From positions 1 through 59,045 of the IMG/VR virus record IMGVR_UViG_3300027859_000017: a stretch of 59,045 nt of DNA; one strand, written 5' to 3'. The stretch comes from a virus. Lineage: Duplodnaviria; Caudoviricetes. Made by a program: the position numbers and the translations under genes. Positions 1 through 10,500 of this stretch are shown piece after piece. The first letter of the stretch is position 1. Each line of letters opens with the position of its first letter. Below the pieces are notes generated by a model. That model was not told the DNA's origin. It saw only the letters and a program-made list of their open reading frames with translations, and searched no databases.

Positions 1-219
1 TCTATATCTCTCATGGACCCCGTTGAAAACCTTGCAGTTCGCATGATGAAAGAAGCGGCAGACAAGACTGCAACTTTAGCTGGTGATGGCACAACTACAG
101 CTATTGTTTTAACTGAAGCTTTAGTAGAACATGGGACTTGCGCAATGGGTGAGGATATAAATAGAACCGAAGTTTTAAAATGTTTAGTTGACCAAACGAA
201 ATTAGTTGTAGAGGAGTTG
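1..219. repeat. Terminal direct repeat (assembly overlap), copy 1
   Basis: Identical to 58827-59045 except A93 vs G58919 (synonymous Thr codon); lies inside groEL, so it is a circular overlap. Confidence 0.97.
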
Positions 220-1416
220 AAAAGTAAAAGCCACGAAATAGATAAGAGTAAGCTTAGAGATGTAGCTGTTATATCGGCCAATAATGATAATGAGATTGGA
301 AAAATAATCGCTGATGTATACGAAAGTGTAGGTCAAGACGGAATTGTTACTGTGGAAAAATCACAAACCAGCGATACTTATTTTGAAACCACAAATGGTA
401 TTAAAGTAGACAGAGGTTATTTATCTCCTTTATTTATAAATGACCAGAAAAAAGATGAGTGTGTACTAGAAGATGTTTACATCATGGTGTCGGATGCAGA
501 GATAAACAATATACTTCAAATAGAAAATATTCTCAAACCTATAATAGCCGACAATAAAAAATTATTAATCATTGCTCCATGCTCAACCAATGTGACAAAC
601 ACTTTGGCAGCAAACGTAATGAAAAGAAATTTAAAAATATGTTCTATCACGCCTCCTTCTTTTGGATACAAGCAACATGAGTTAATGCAAGACATAGCTT
701 TATCTGTGGGGGCAACATACTTCAGCGAGAAGACAGGGGATGACTTGAGTATTATTAATTTTACTGATTTGGGTCATGCGGCTAAGGTGATAGTTAGTCG
801 AGACTCAACGGTCATCCTTAAAGATGAAACAAAAACTAACGAATCTCAGATTGAAGAAAGAGTAAAAGAATTATGGATTGCTCATGAGAATGCAAGTAAA
901 AAAGCAGATAAGGAATTTATTGAATCAAGGATTGCATCTTTGACGGGTGGAATAGGCGTTATATATGTAGGAGGCAATACAGACTTAGAACAAAAAGAGT
1001 TGTATGATAGAGTAGATGATGCAGTCTGTGCTGTGAAGTCAGCACTAGAGGAAGGTATATTGCCTGGCAGTGGACTAGCTTTGTACCGAATTTCGCAAGA
1101 TTTTGAAAAAAAGAAGACTAAAGACAAAAATTTAAAAATTGCTTACGCAATTTTAGCGAACTCTCTAAAGTCTCCTTTGACCCAGATACTAGAAAATGCA
1201 GGATTAAGTGTAGAGGAAATTTATAAAGATGTGAAAGGTTGGAAAAAAGGTTATGACTTGAAAAATGAAAAGTATGGTGACTTAATAAAAATGGGAGTCA
1301 TAGACCCAATGAAAGTTACAAAGTGTGCGCTTCAAAATGCAGTGAGTGTAGCAGTAACTATTCTTTCTACTAATGCAATAATAACAATGGCACGTTCATA
1401 TGAAAGCGATAGGTAA
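1..1416 (+). CDS. groEL: Chaperonin GroEL, 3' part (full gene starts at 58635 and wraps, about 535 aa)
   Basis: AGDGTTTA ATP-binding motif, DRGYLSPLF, RVDDAVCAVKSALEEGILPGSG, GVIDPMKVT; no C-terminal GGM tail. Confidence 0.97.
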   Translation, partial: SISLMDPVENLAVRMMKEAADKTATLAGDGTTTAIVLTEALVEHGTCAMGEDINRTEVLKCLVDQTKLVVEELKSKSHEIDKSKLRDVAVISANNDNEIGKIIADVYESVGQDGIVTVEKSQTSDTYFETTNGIKVDRGYLSPLFINDQKKDECVLEDVYIMVSDAEINNILQIENILKPIIADNKKLLIIAPCSTNVTNTLAANVMKRNLKICSITPPSFGYKQHELMQDIALSVGATYFSEKTGDDLSIINFTDLGHAAKVIVSRDSTVILKDETKTNESQIEERVKELWIAHENASKKADKEFIESRIASLTGGIGVIYVGGNTDLEQKELYDRVDDAVCAVKSALEEGILPGSGLALYRISQDFEKKKTKDKNLKIAYAILANSLKSPLTQILENAGLSVEEIYKDVKGWKKGYDLKNEKYGDLIKMGVIDPMKVTKCALQNAVSVAVTILSTNAIITMARSYESDR

Positions 1417-1657
1417 AAATATAGTTGTAAAAATAATTGAAGAAGAGATTGAAACAGATTCAGGGCTGTTGCTGTCTCAAGAAGATGCAAAAGGATTGCG
1501 TTATCAAAAAGCAGAAGTTATAGAACCAGGAAGTGATGTAACTGTTATCAAAAAAAAGGACACTATTTATTTTGACAAAAGACAATCTTACACCATGATA
1601 ATAAAAGGCGAACAGGTTACAATTACTCAAGAGCGAGATGTCGTTGTTGTTTTATAG
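1400..1657 (+). CDS. groES: Co-chaperonin GroES
   Basis: 85 aa, MKAIGKNIVVK...ETDSGLLL mobile loop, ends ERDVVVVL; directly follows groEL. Confidence 0.85.
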   Translation: MKAIGKNIVVKIIEEEIETDSGLLLSQEDAKGLRYQKAEVIEPGSDVTVIKKKDTIYFDKRQSYTMIIKGEQVTITQERDVVVVL

Positions 1658-2057
1658 TATTATTCATTTCTATAATCATATTCCTATATACCTTGTCTGA
1701 GTACGACACATTTTTAGCAAACATTTTATTTTGTGAGGGGCTGGTCGGTATTTCTTCTCCATTTAATTTTTTGTAAATAGAGGTCAGCATTCTTTTTGCT
1801 TTAAAAGACAATTGATATAAAGCTTTGTGCTTACCTACTCTTTTTCTAAATACTTCTATCCATCCAAGTTGTCTAAGCTTTTCAAACCTTTGTTTATCCC
1901 AGCTTAATATCTCATTAAACTCTTGAAATTTATCTTTAGAAAAGTAGTCTTCAGATTTTAAAAACAAAAGTATATCTAAGTCAGATTGAGATAAATTATA
2001 TTTAATTTTTATATATTGACGAATTACTCTCCAATATTTTAGATAATTATTTTGCAT
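1623..2057 (-). CDS. MarR-like winged-helix DNA-binding protein
   Basis: LSQSDLDILLFL...FEKLRQLGWIEV...LYQLSFKAK resembles the MarR wHTH pattern; only credible - strand gene in the + arm. Confidence 0.6.
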   Translation of the reverse strand: MQNNYLKYWRVIRQYIKIKYNLSQSDLDILLFLKSEDYFSKDKFQEFNEILSWDKQRFEKLRQLGWIEVFRKRVGKHKALYQLSFKAKRMLTSIYKKLNGEEIPTSPSQNKMFAKNVSYSDKVYRNMIIEMNNTIKQQRHLALE

Positions 2058-2070
2058 AAATTAATTTTTG

Positions 2071-2089
2071 TAAATTTGTAACAAAGTTA
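2071..2089. promoter_or_regulatory. Face-to-face Bacteroidota -7 promoter boxes
   Basis: TAAATTTG (+, 2071-2078) and TAACTTTG (-, 2082-2089) between divergent ATGs at 2057 and 2095. Confidence 0.6.
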
Positions 2090-2094
2090 ATAAA

Positions 2095-2250
2095 ATGGCG
2101 GGTAGAACGAAAAAGAAGAAAAACAAAATATGTCCAGCTGGAATAGCTTGGGCCAAAAGAACTTTTGATAGATACCCTAGTGCTTATGCAAATATGGCGG
2201 CAAGCAAATATTGCAAAGACCCTAATTACGCAAAAAAAAGTAAGAAATAA
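2095..2250 (+). CDS. Small basic protein (51 aa)
   Basis: Own translation MAGRTKKKKNKICPAGIAWAKRTFDRYPSAYANMAASKYCKDPNYAKKSKK; stop overlaps next ATG. Confidence 0.75.
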   Translation: MAGRTKKKKNKICPAGIAWAKRTFDRYPSAYANMAASKYCKDPNYAKKSKK

Positions 2251-2366
2251 TGGATGCAAAAAAATTAAAAAAAATTTCAAGCGAATTAAAAAAAGCTTCA
2301 GCTATGCATAAAGGGCAAGCTTTAAAAATAGATAACATGCTAAAATCATTAAAGAAAAAGAAATGA
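2250..2366 (+). CDS. Small Lys-rich protein (38 aa)
   Basis: MDAKKLKKISSELKKASAMHKGQALKIDNMLKSLKKKK; TAATG and ATGA coupling with neighbours. Confidence 0.65.
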   Translation: MDAKKLKKISSELKKASAMHKGQALKIDNMLKSLKKKK

Positions 2367-2512
2367 GTAAATTAGCAAAAGGAAACCGACCTAGAAAAAA
2401 AAATGGGAAAAGTGATTTAGGTATGCAAAGTGTAATACACGGATTAGATAATAATCCTAATGTTACAGCAGCAGACCCAAAAGCCAAATTTATAGCAAAT
2501 AGTAAAAAATAG
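2363..2512 (+). CDS. Small basic protein (49 aa)
   Basis: MSKLAKGNRPRKKNGKSDLGMQSVIHGLDNNPNVTAADPKAKFIANSKK. Confidence 0.65.
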   Translation: MSKLAKGNRPRKKNGKSDLGMQSVIHGLDNNPNVTAADPKAKFIANSKK

Positions 2513-2517
2513 AAATT

Positions 2518-2661
2518 ATGCCTACAGTAAAAACAAAAAATGGTAAAAAAGTTTTTCCTTATAATGCAGTTGGTAAGGCTCAAGCAGACTCTTATGCAAA
2601 AATGCATGGAGGAAAAATGAAAATGAACCCAGGGTATGGAAGTGAAAAGAAGAGCTATTAA
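2518..2661 (+). CDS. Small basic protein (47 aa)
   Basis: MPTVKTKNGKKVFPYNAVGKAQADSYAKMHGGKMKMNPGYGSEKKSY; A-rich leader. Confidence 0.65.
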   Translation: MPTVKTKNGKKVFPYNAVGKAQADSYAKMHGGKMKMNPGYGSEKKSY

Positions 2662-2777
2662 TAGTGGAAAAAATTCACTATAGCGATAAATATTTATCTC
2701 CTGCTCAAAGGATATTACCTAAAGCAGTAAAGAAAAAAATATTTCAAAAGCTTGTAGCAAAACATAAGAAAAAGTAA

Positions 2778-3014
2778 ATGGGTGAATTAAAAAAATGGAG
2801 AGAACAAAAATGGGTTCGTATTGGAACCGATGGCTCTATACTAGGAGCTTGCGGTACTAGTAAGGATACAAAAAACCCTGATAGATGTCTGCCATTAAGT
2901 AAAGCTAGAAGTTTAACAAAAGCTCAAAGAGCCGCAACGGCTAGAAAGAAAAAAAGAAAAGGTCGTAGAAGACAATTTGTTTCTAATACGCCAGCGGCAA
3001 GAGTAACAAGATAA
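2778..3014 (+). CDS. Small basic phage protein
   Basis: LKKWREQKWV...CG...RCLP..KA with Arg/Lys-rich tail, a pattern common in phage ORFs. Confidence 0.75.
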   Translation: MGELKKWREQKWVRIGTDGSILGACGTSKDTKNPDRCLPLSKARSLTKAQRAATARKKKRKGRRRQFVSNTPAARVTR

Positions 3015-3024
3015 AAATAAAAAA

Positions 3025-3648
3025 ATGGGAAAAATTAGTAACACTTCATCATATCCAAACGCTGTTCCAGCGAACAGTGATATGCTTATATTTACAGACG
3101 TATCAGACAACAACAATACTAAGACTTGTAAGTTTAGTCAAATAGATTCTTCTATTCTTTATGACTCATACACATGGACTATGACGGGTTCTGAAATATA
3201 TAATTTATTTAGCACAACACCTGGCACCACAATAAGAACACCTATTCTTAGTTTGTCGATACCTGATAACTCAGTGTTATTAATAAATAGAGTGTTGGTA
3301 AATACACAATTTGTAAACACTGCATATCCTAGAAATGCTAGCGATGATTTATTCATTCAGTCAGGACAAGTTTCTTATGATGGAGCAGCTTATCAAGAAT
3401 TAGCAGGGGTAGAACTAAAAAACTGGGAAGGAATTGGATTAAGCGCAGGACAAAGTTCAAATGGAGTTGTTGAAGTAACTAGTCCAGACAGTCATGCTTT
3501 TGTAAAAAATGGATATTTTAACTATACCACTAATTATCCTGCATTATATTTTAAATCAATATATACTGGACCTACAGCAGTAAACACAGGAGACGCTAAA
3601 ATTACATTCAAAGTAGAATACGCTATACAAGATTTCAATACTATATAA
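3025..3648 (+). CDS. Hypothetical protein, possibly virion-associated
   Basis: 207-aa Ser/Thr/Asn-rich ORF in the late arm. Confidence 0.6.
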   Translation: MGKISNTSSYPNAVPANSDMLIFTDVSDNNNTKTCKFSQIDSSILYDSYTWTMTGSEIYNLFSTTPGTTIRTPILSLSIPDNSVLLINRVLVNTQFVNTAYPRNASDDLFIQSGQVSYDGAAYQELAGVELKNWEGIGLSAGQSSNGVVEVTSPDSHAFVKNGYFNYTTNYPALYFKSIYTGPTAVNTGDAKITFKVEYAIQDFNTI

Positions 3649-3651
3649 ATC

Positions 3652-3942
3652 ATGGCCAACAAAAAAAACATGAAGTGTAATGTTGTCATGAGAAGCGACA
3701 GGCCTGGCAAAAAAAAAATGGTCAAAGCTTGCGAAGGAGGTAGAGAAAAATTAATACACTTTGGAGCAAAAGGTTATGGCCACAATTATTCAGCTGCTGC
3801 TCGTAAATCTTTTAGAGCAAGACATAAGTGTAATACTGCAAAATCTAAACTAACCGCACGATACTGGGCATGCAAAAAATTATGGGCTGGTCCAGGGGGT
3901 TCAAAAAAATCTTCACCAAAAAGTAGACAAGGAAAATATTAG
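3652..3942 (+). CDS. Small basic phage protein
   Basis: KLIHFGAKGY...ARKSFRARHKC...ARYWAC pattern. Confidence 0.75.
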   Translation: MANKKNMKCNVVMRSDRPGKKKMVKACEGGREKLIHFGAKGYGHNYSAAARKSFRARHKCNTAKSKLTARYWACKKLWAGPGGSKKSSPKSRQGKY

Positions 3943-3950
3943 TATCTTTG
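3943..3950 (+). promoter_or_regulatory. Bacteroidota -7 box TATCTTTG
   Basis: Matches TAnnTTTG, intergenic, upstream of 4034. Confidence 0.6.
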
Positions 3951-4033
3951 CTTTATACAAAAATTAAAAATCAGAGTGTTGTAAGGGTCTAAAATTTTAA
4001 AAAACCTTTGAATACTCACAAAGTATTAAAATT

Positions 4034-4252
4034 ATGATGAAACAAGGATACAATTCAAGACTAGACGAATCACTAGGAAACAAGCATGGAAAAAAGTCTC
4101 AATCTATGAAAGATAGAAGAGATGAAAGTAAAGCTATGAGCAAAAAAGATTATGGACACGCATATGGCGGAGACCATTCTATGAGCTATGAGCATAAATG
4201 CATTAAAGACGGAAAAGTACATGAGCATTTAATGAAGATTATAAAAAAATGA
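4034..4252 (+). CDS. Small basic hypothetical protein
   Basis: 72-aa ORF with A-rich leader. Confidence 0.7.
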   Translation: MMKQGYNSRLDESLGNKHGKKSQSMKDRRDESKAMSKKDYGHAYGGDHSMSYEHKCIKDGKVHEHLMKIIKK

Positions 4253-4353
4253 AAAAATTATTTTTCAAACTACAATGTTTGTGGAATGCTTTAATGTTAA
4301 AGCTAACAATAAACGTTAGTAGTTGCCCTTATAAACTATGTAAATGTAAATAA
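4249..4353 (+). CDS. Small Cys-rich peptide (34 aa)
   Basis: MKKLFFKLQCLWNALMLKLTINVSSCPYKLCKCK; ATGA overlap with previous gene. Confidence 0.5.
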   Translation: MKKLFFKLQCLWNALMLKLTINVSSCPYKLCKCK

Positions 4354-4354
4354 A

Positions 4355-4510
4355 ATGAAGTCAAAAGGCTTAGGCGATACTATAGAAAAAATAACAAAAG
4401 CAACGGGAATTAAAAAAGTTGTTGATACTGTTAGTAAAGCAACTGGAAAAGATTGCGGGTGCGGAAAAAGACGAGACAGCTTAAACAGAATTTTTCCCTA
4501 CGATAGATAA
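4355..4510 (+). CDS. Small CGC-motif phage protein (51 aa)
   Basis: MKSKGLGDTIEKITKATGIKKVVDTVSKATGKDCGCGKRRDSLNRIFPYDR; fills the gap before the tail fibre. Confidence 0.75.
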   Translation: MKSKGLGDTIEKITKATGIKKVVDTVSKATGKDCGCGKRRDSLNRIFPYDR

Positions 4511-4515
4511 TATAT

Positions 4516-7500
4516 ATGAAGTTTTCAGAATTTAACATAGCGGTAAATACATCGCAAATAGATTTTATAGTTGGATTTAAAGGATTACAAAACTTTAGAA
4601 TAAGTCCAAGTGATTTAGTTGGAACTTTTTCAAGTTTAAACTTTATAACAAATTCTGGAAGCGGAACAGTAGATTTAGGTACACAAGCTTTTACAATAGT
4701 AGGCTCTAGCAATCAGATTCAAACATCGGGTGTTAATCAAACTATAACAATAGGCTTAACCAATGATATAACAATTAATGGCGAACTTACTGTTTCTGGA
4801 AGTGGACAGTCTTCATTTGGAGGACAGGTAACTATACCTTCCACGCCAGTTGCTGGAACAGATGCAGCAAGTAAAAGCTATGTTGATAGTCAAGTAACTG
4901 TTCAAGATTTAGATTTTAGTGGAGATAGTGGAAATGGTTCTGTTGATTTAGATAGTCAGTCATTAGGTATTACAGGTACAACAAATCAAGTTACTACTAG
5001 TGCAACTAACCAAACACTAAATATTAGTTTACCCACAACAGTACATAGAAACCTACAAGGAGATGTAACAGGTAATGTTACTGGGGATTTAACTGGGAAT
5101 GTTACTGGGGATTTAACTGGGAATGTTACTGGAAATGTAACAGGTAATGCAGATACTTCAACAGGTATTTTAATAACTGCAGATAATACAGATACTTCGA
5201 GAAGAATGGTTTTTACAGAATCTAGTAACCTTACTGATACAGATGGTAGGATATTCAAAGATAGTGCTAGTGATTTCTTTTATAATCCAAGCACTAATAA
5301 ATTAACTGTTGGTACTGTTAATGGTAATGTAATAGGAGATTTAACTGGTGATGTTACTGGTAATGTTAGTGGAGATTTAACTGGAAATATAACTGCAACT
5401 TCGGTATTAGCAGATGGAGTTACAGGAACAACTCAATCAACAAGTGATAACTCAACTAAAATAGCCACTACTGCTTATGTAGATGCACAGGCAGGTTTAG
5501 CAGACACTTTAAGCGAAGTTTTAGTTGGCGGAAATACTACAGGAGCAACTAAAATAGAAGTAGATAACACTTCAAGTGGAATAGATTTTATAGACAATGC
5601 AAAAGCAAGGTTTGGAACAGGGAATGATTTAGAAATATATCACGACGGTACTGATTCATATATTGACGAAGTTGGAACAGGTAATTTAAAATTAAGAGGT
5701 GGTGATGCTGTTCAAATATACAAAACAGGGACCACTGAAATAATGGCTGAATTTATTGTAGATTCAAAAGTTAGTTTATACTATGATAACTCTAAAAAGT
5801 TTGAAACTACAAGTTTAGGTGTTAGTGTTACGGGTGATGTAACAGTTACAGGAGAATTAACTGTTTCAGGAACAGGTCAAAGTAGTTTTGGAGGTCAAGT
5901 AACAATACCTGCGACACCAAGTGCAAGTACAGATGCCGCTTCAAAAGGATATGTAGATGACTTAGTTACTGCACAAGACTTAGATATTACTGATGGAACT
6001 AATAATTCAAGTGTTGACTTAGATAGTCAAACTTTAACATTTACTGAAACAGCTAATGAAACTACAGTTGTAGTTAGTGCGCAAGAGGTTACAATAGGAT
6101 TACCTAATGATGTAACAATTAGTGGAACATATACTGGGACTACTTTTGCAGGACAGCTTAATGGAACAATTAGCACTAATACTACAGCAATTACTCAAGC
6201 TGCAAATAATAACAGCACAAAAGTAGCGACAACAGAATATGTCGATACTTCAGCTGGGAATTATTTACCTCTTGCGGGTGGAACCATGGGTGGCAATATT
6301 GCCATGGGTGGTAATAACATCTCAGGTGGTGGGACTGCTACATTTAATTCTTTTGTTGGAGCATTAACAGGAAATGCATCAACAGCTTCAGCTTTGTTTA
6401 ACTCAGGTGATATTACCTTAACTGGAGATACTACCTCTACTAGCGGCGTATCCTACACATCAGGTGGGAATGTCGCAATTAATACAAGTATATCAGACAC
6501 TACAGTAACAGGAAAACTAATAACAGGTGTTAATTTAGGAACATCGCAAAACATTGCAGCAACAGATACTATACTTGAGGCATTTGGATATTTACAAGCT
6601 CAAATAACTCAATTACCACAAGGTTTGGTATATAGTGGAACATGGAATGCCAACACAAACACCCCAACACTAGCAAGTGGAACGGGAACAACAGGGCATT
6701 TTTACATTGTTAGTGTTGCAGGTAGCACCAACTTAGATGGGATTACAGATTGGCAAGTAGGAGACTGGGCTATTTTCATAGAATCTGGCGCAACTGATAC
6801 ATGGCAAAAAATAGATAACACTTCGGCTATTACTGGGACAGGAACAAATAATGCAATAGCTAAATGGACAGGGCCAAGTACTTTAGGAACAGGATTAATT
6901 ACTGATGATGGTACGACTGTAACTATTGGAAACTCTGGAGATTTATTAGTCGCAGGTGATGGAACAATTACAGGAAACTTATCGTGGGGTTCTTTAACAG
7001 ACACAGGTGAAAGTATAACTATTACAAAGTTTGTAGACGAAGCAGATGGTATTCCTTCAAATGATAATGATACAAGCATACCTACGAGTGCGGCAGTAAA
7101 AAATTATGTAGACATTCAGATAGATAATTTTGACACATTAGCTGAAGTATTGGCTAATGGTAATACCACAGATGGTAATAATATTATTTTTGGAGATTCG
7201 GGTGCAATTGGCACAGATGACACATTAATGTTTGGTGCAGGCAACGATTTGAGAATTGCACATAATGGAACAGATTCCGTTATAAGAAACTTTACAGGTG
7301 GTCTGTATTTTGACCAAAAAGTAGTTGATGGAGATATTTATTTTAGAGCAGATAATGGTAGTGGTGGTACAACAGAATATTTTAGACTAGATGGTAGTTT
7401 TGAAAAAACAGTATTTTCTAAAGATATTTTCTTAAACGATAGCGTAAAAGCATTATTTGGTAATTCAAGCGACTTACAAATATATCACGATGGTAGTAAT

Positions 7501-10500
7501 AGTTATATAAATGAAACAGGAACTGGTAGTTTAATTACACAAGCATCTGATTACTTTTTAAGAGTAGGTGGCACTAATAATACAAATAATGCTATTGTAG
7601 CTGCTAATGCTGGAACAGTTACTTTATATTATGCTAACTCCGCAAAATTAGCAACTACAAGTACAGGAGTTACTGTTACAGGCAATATTGATGGAGTTGG
7701 AAATTTATTTTTACAAGATTATATTTATCACTCAGGAGATGGAGATACATATTTTGGTTTTCCTGCGGCAAATGAATTTAAAGTTACGGTTGGTAATTCA
7801 ACTAAAATGTTTGCAGACGCTAATGCTGCATATCTATATTATCAAGGTAGTTCAAAATTACAAACAACAAGTTCAGGTGTTTCTGTAACTGGCTCTATTG
7901 ATATTACAGGGGATTATAAAATAGATGGTAATATACTTATTGGAACAACAAGCACTTATACTATAATAAGAAATCCAGAGGAAACAAGTGCAATATTTCT
8001 AGGTGATAGTGCTGACCCATCAAATTATTATAATAATACTTCCCATATTTTTAGGAGTGCTGCAGGTGCTGTTTATTTAACTATAAATAGTTCATCAGCA
8101 ACTTTTGCAGGAGATGTAAGTTTACCAGATGATAAAAAATTACTATTAGGTACAGGAAATGACCTACAAATTTACCACGATGGTAGTAATAGTTATATAA
8201 ATGAAACGGGAACAGGAGTTTTAAGCATACAAAGTGATGGGTCAGAAGTGCAAATAAACAAAGGTGCTTCTGAATATATGGGTAGGTTTATAACAGATGC
8301 AGGAGTTAAATTATATTACGATAATTCTTTAAAGTTTGAAACTACAAGTACAGGTATTCAAATTTCAGATGCAGGTGCAGTTAAAAAAATAGTTTCATAT
8401 TTTGATGGAGATTATACAAGTGGATTTAAGTTTTCTGATTTAAATGGTGGTATTTGGTATGATGCAGGTGCAGATGATTTATATTTAAATGCAAATCACG
8501 CAAATAGTCAAATAATTTTACAATCTGGTGGCTCAACCACTTTGACTTTAGATGCTTCTAATAACGCAACTTTTGCAGGGTCAGTTCATATTGATACAAA
8601 AGCAAATTCTGGGCTAGCATATAATGTTTTAATTGACATAGGTTCAAATGGTGATGGAACAATAGGTTATCAAACACCAACTCAACTTGTAGATAATTTG
8701 ACAGGTGGTTATAATGGTTTAACTTTTGCTGATGGTACAGAGGCGTTGGATACTGCTGCGGCCTGTGTAATAGCAACTCCATCAAGGTCATCAAGCCCTG
8801 ACCCTGAAGATTATCAAAGGTCTTTTTCTACAGAATTTAAAGGTAAAGCAGCTTCAGGAAGTCCTGGAACTGGTAGTTCTTGGATAGGACTTGTTTCAAT
8901 GTCTCCATATAGACCACAAACTTCAGGGTTTTATACAACTCAGTTAGGTTTTGGTGCAGATGGAACAAATGGCGATATGTTTATAAGAAGGGGAACTACA
9001 ACTAGTTGGGGCGATTGGAGGAAATTTATAATATCAGACAGTTCTGGAAACACAACTTTTGCAGGGAATGTAAATTTAGGAGATGATAAAAAATTAAATT
9101 TTGGTGCTCTTCCAGATTATGAAATTTATCATAATTCAACTACTAACGTAAATCATATATCTTCATTATCAGACAGACAGTTATCAATAAATGCAAACAA
9201 TATTTTTTTAACTAACCAAGCAAATAATGCTAACTTTTTAGCTCTAAACAGCACAGCTGCAACCTTTAGCGTACCTCTTATTACAGGAGATATAACAGCT
9301 TTAGGTGCTGACTTTATTTTATCACACCCAGCAGGAGGAACAATGTTTATAAGGCGTAATGACACTACTATTGATGAAGGAAATGTTATTGGTTTAATAA
9401 ACTTCCAAGGAGATGACCCAACCGACGGCACATTTAATACAGGTGCAATGATTAGGGTTACTGCTGCTGCCGATTGGTCAAGTGCAATTTATAATAGTGA
9501 TATTGAATTTCATACACGAGACACCTGTGGTAATTTATTTAAAAATTTAACAGTTAGAGCAGATGGTGGTGTAGCTATTGGTCAAAACAACGATGGATAT
9601 GCAGGTGAAATATTATCGGTTAAATCAGGTAGTGAAAACCACGTATTATATGGAGAAAGTACTGATGCAAATTGTTTTGCTTCTTTTAGAGATAATGCAA
9701 GTACAAATAATATTGAATACGGTGCAAGAGGTAATGACCACGTTTTGAGAAAAGACACAGCTGATTATTTTATAGTAAATAATGTTGGAGATGTTTATAA
9801 CTATCAGTCAGTAAACAAAGCTAATACTTATTATGGTTATGATGCAGGAAATTATGACGGTACAGGTGGAAGCAATAATGCTTTTGGATATTCAGCGTTA
9901 AGTGATATTACAACAGGAACTGAAAATGTTGCAATTGGTAGAAACGCAGGACACGCAATAACAACAGCGTCGCAATGTGTTCTTATAGGGCACGAAGCAG
10001 GAGATGCTCTAACAACAGGCGGTAATAACACAGTCATTGGCTCATTAGCTTTTAGTGCAGCAACAGGTCAAACACATAACGTTGTAATCGGTAGAGCAGC
10101 AGGTCAGTTAGCAACCTGTAATCAATCAATTTTAATTGGTAGTGATGCAGGAGAAAACTTACAACAAGATGAAAATGTTTTTATTGGTTATAAATCAGGT
10201 AGGGTTGCACAAGCTGCAACACAAAACGTAGGTGTTGGTACGAATACTTTATATACATTATCATCTGGCGACTATAACACAGCTATTGGACACAATGCAG
10301 GTTTTGCATTAACGACAGGAGTTAGAAATACATTAGTAGGTTACTTAGCAGGTGATTCGTTAGGTGCAGCAGATAGTAACACATTTATTGGCGACCAAGC
10401 AGGTGCCACTACAACAACATCATCTCAAAATGTAGCTATAGGTTGTGAGTCTTTACAATTAAATGTAAGTGGCGGTAATTTAACAGCTATTGGTTATAGG

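Noticed and set aside
1-219. Biological direct terminal repeat
   Set aside because: It cuts through groEL mid-gene, as expected of an assembly overlap
7476-8215. Diversity-generating retroelement TR/VR pair in the tail fibre
   Set aside because: No reverse transcriptase recognised, both copies are in-frame coding modules, and neither is a non-coding template
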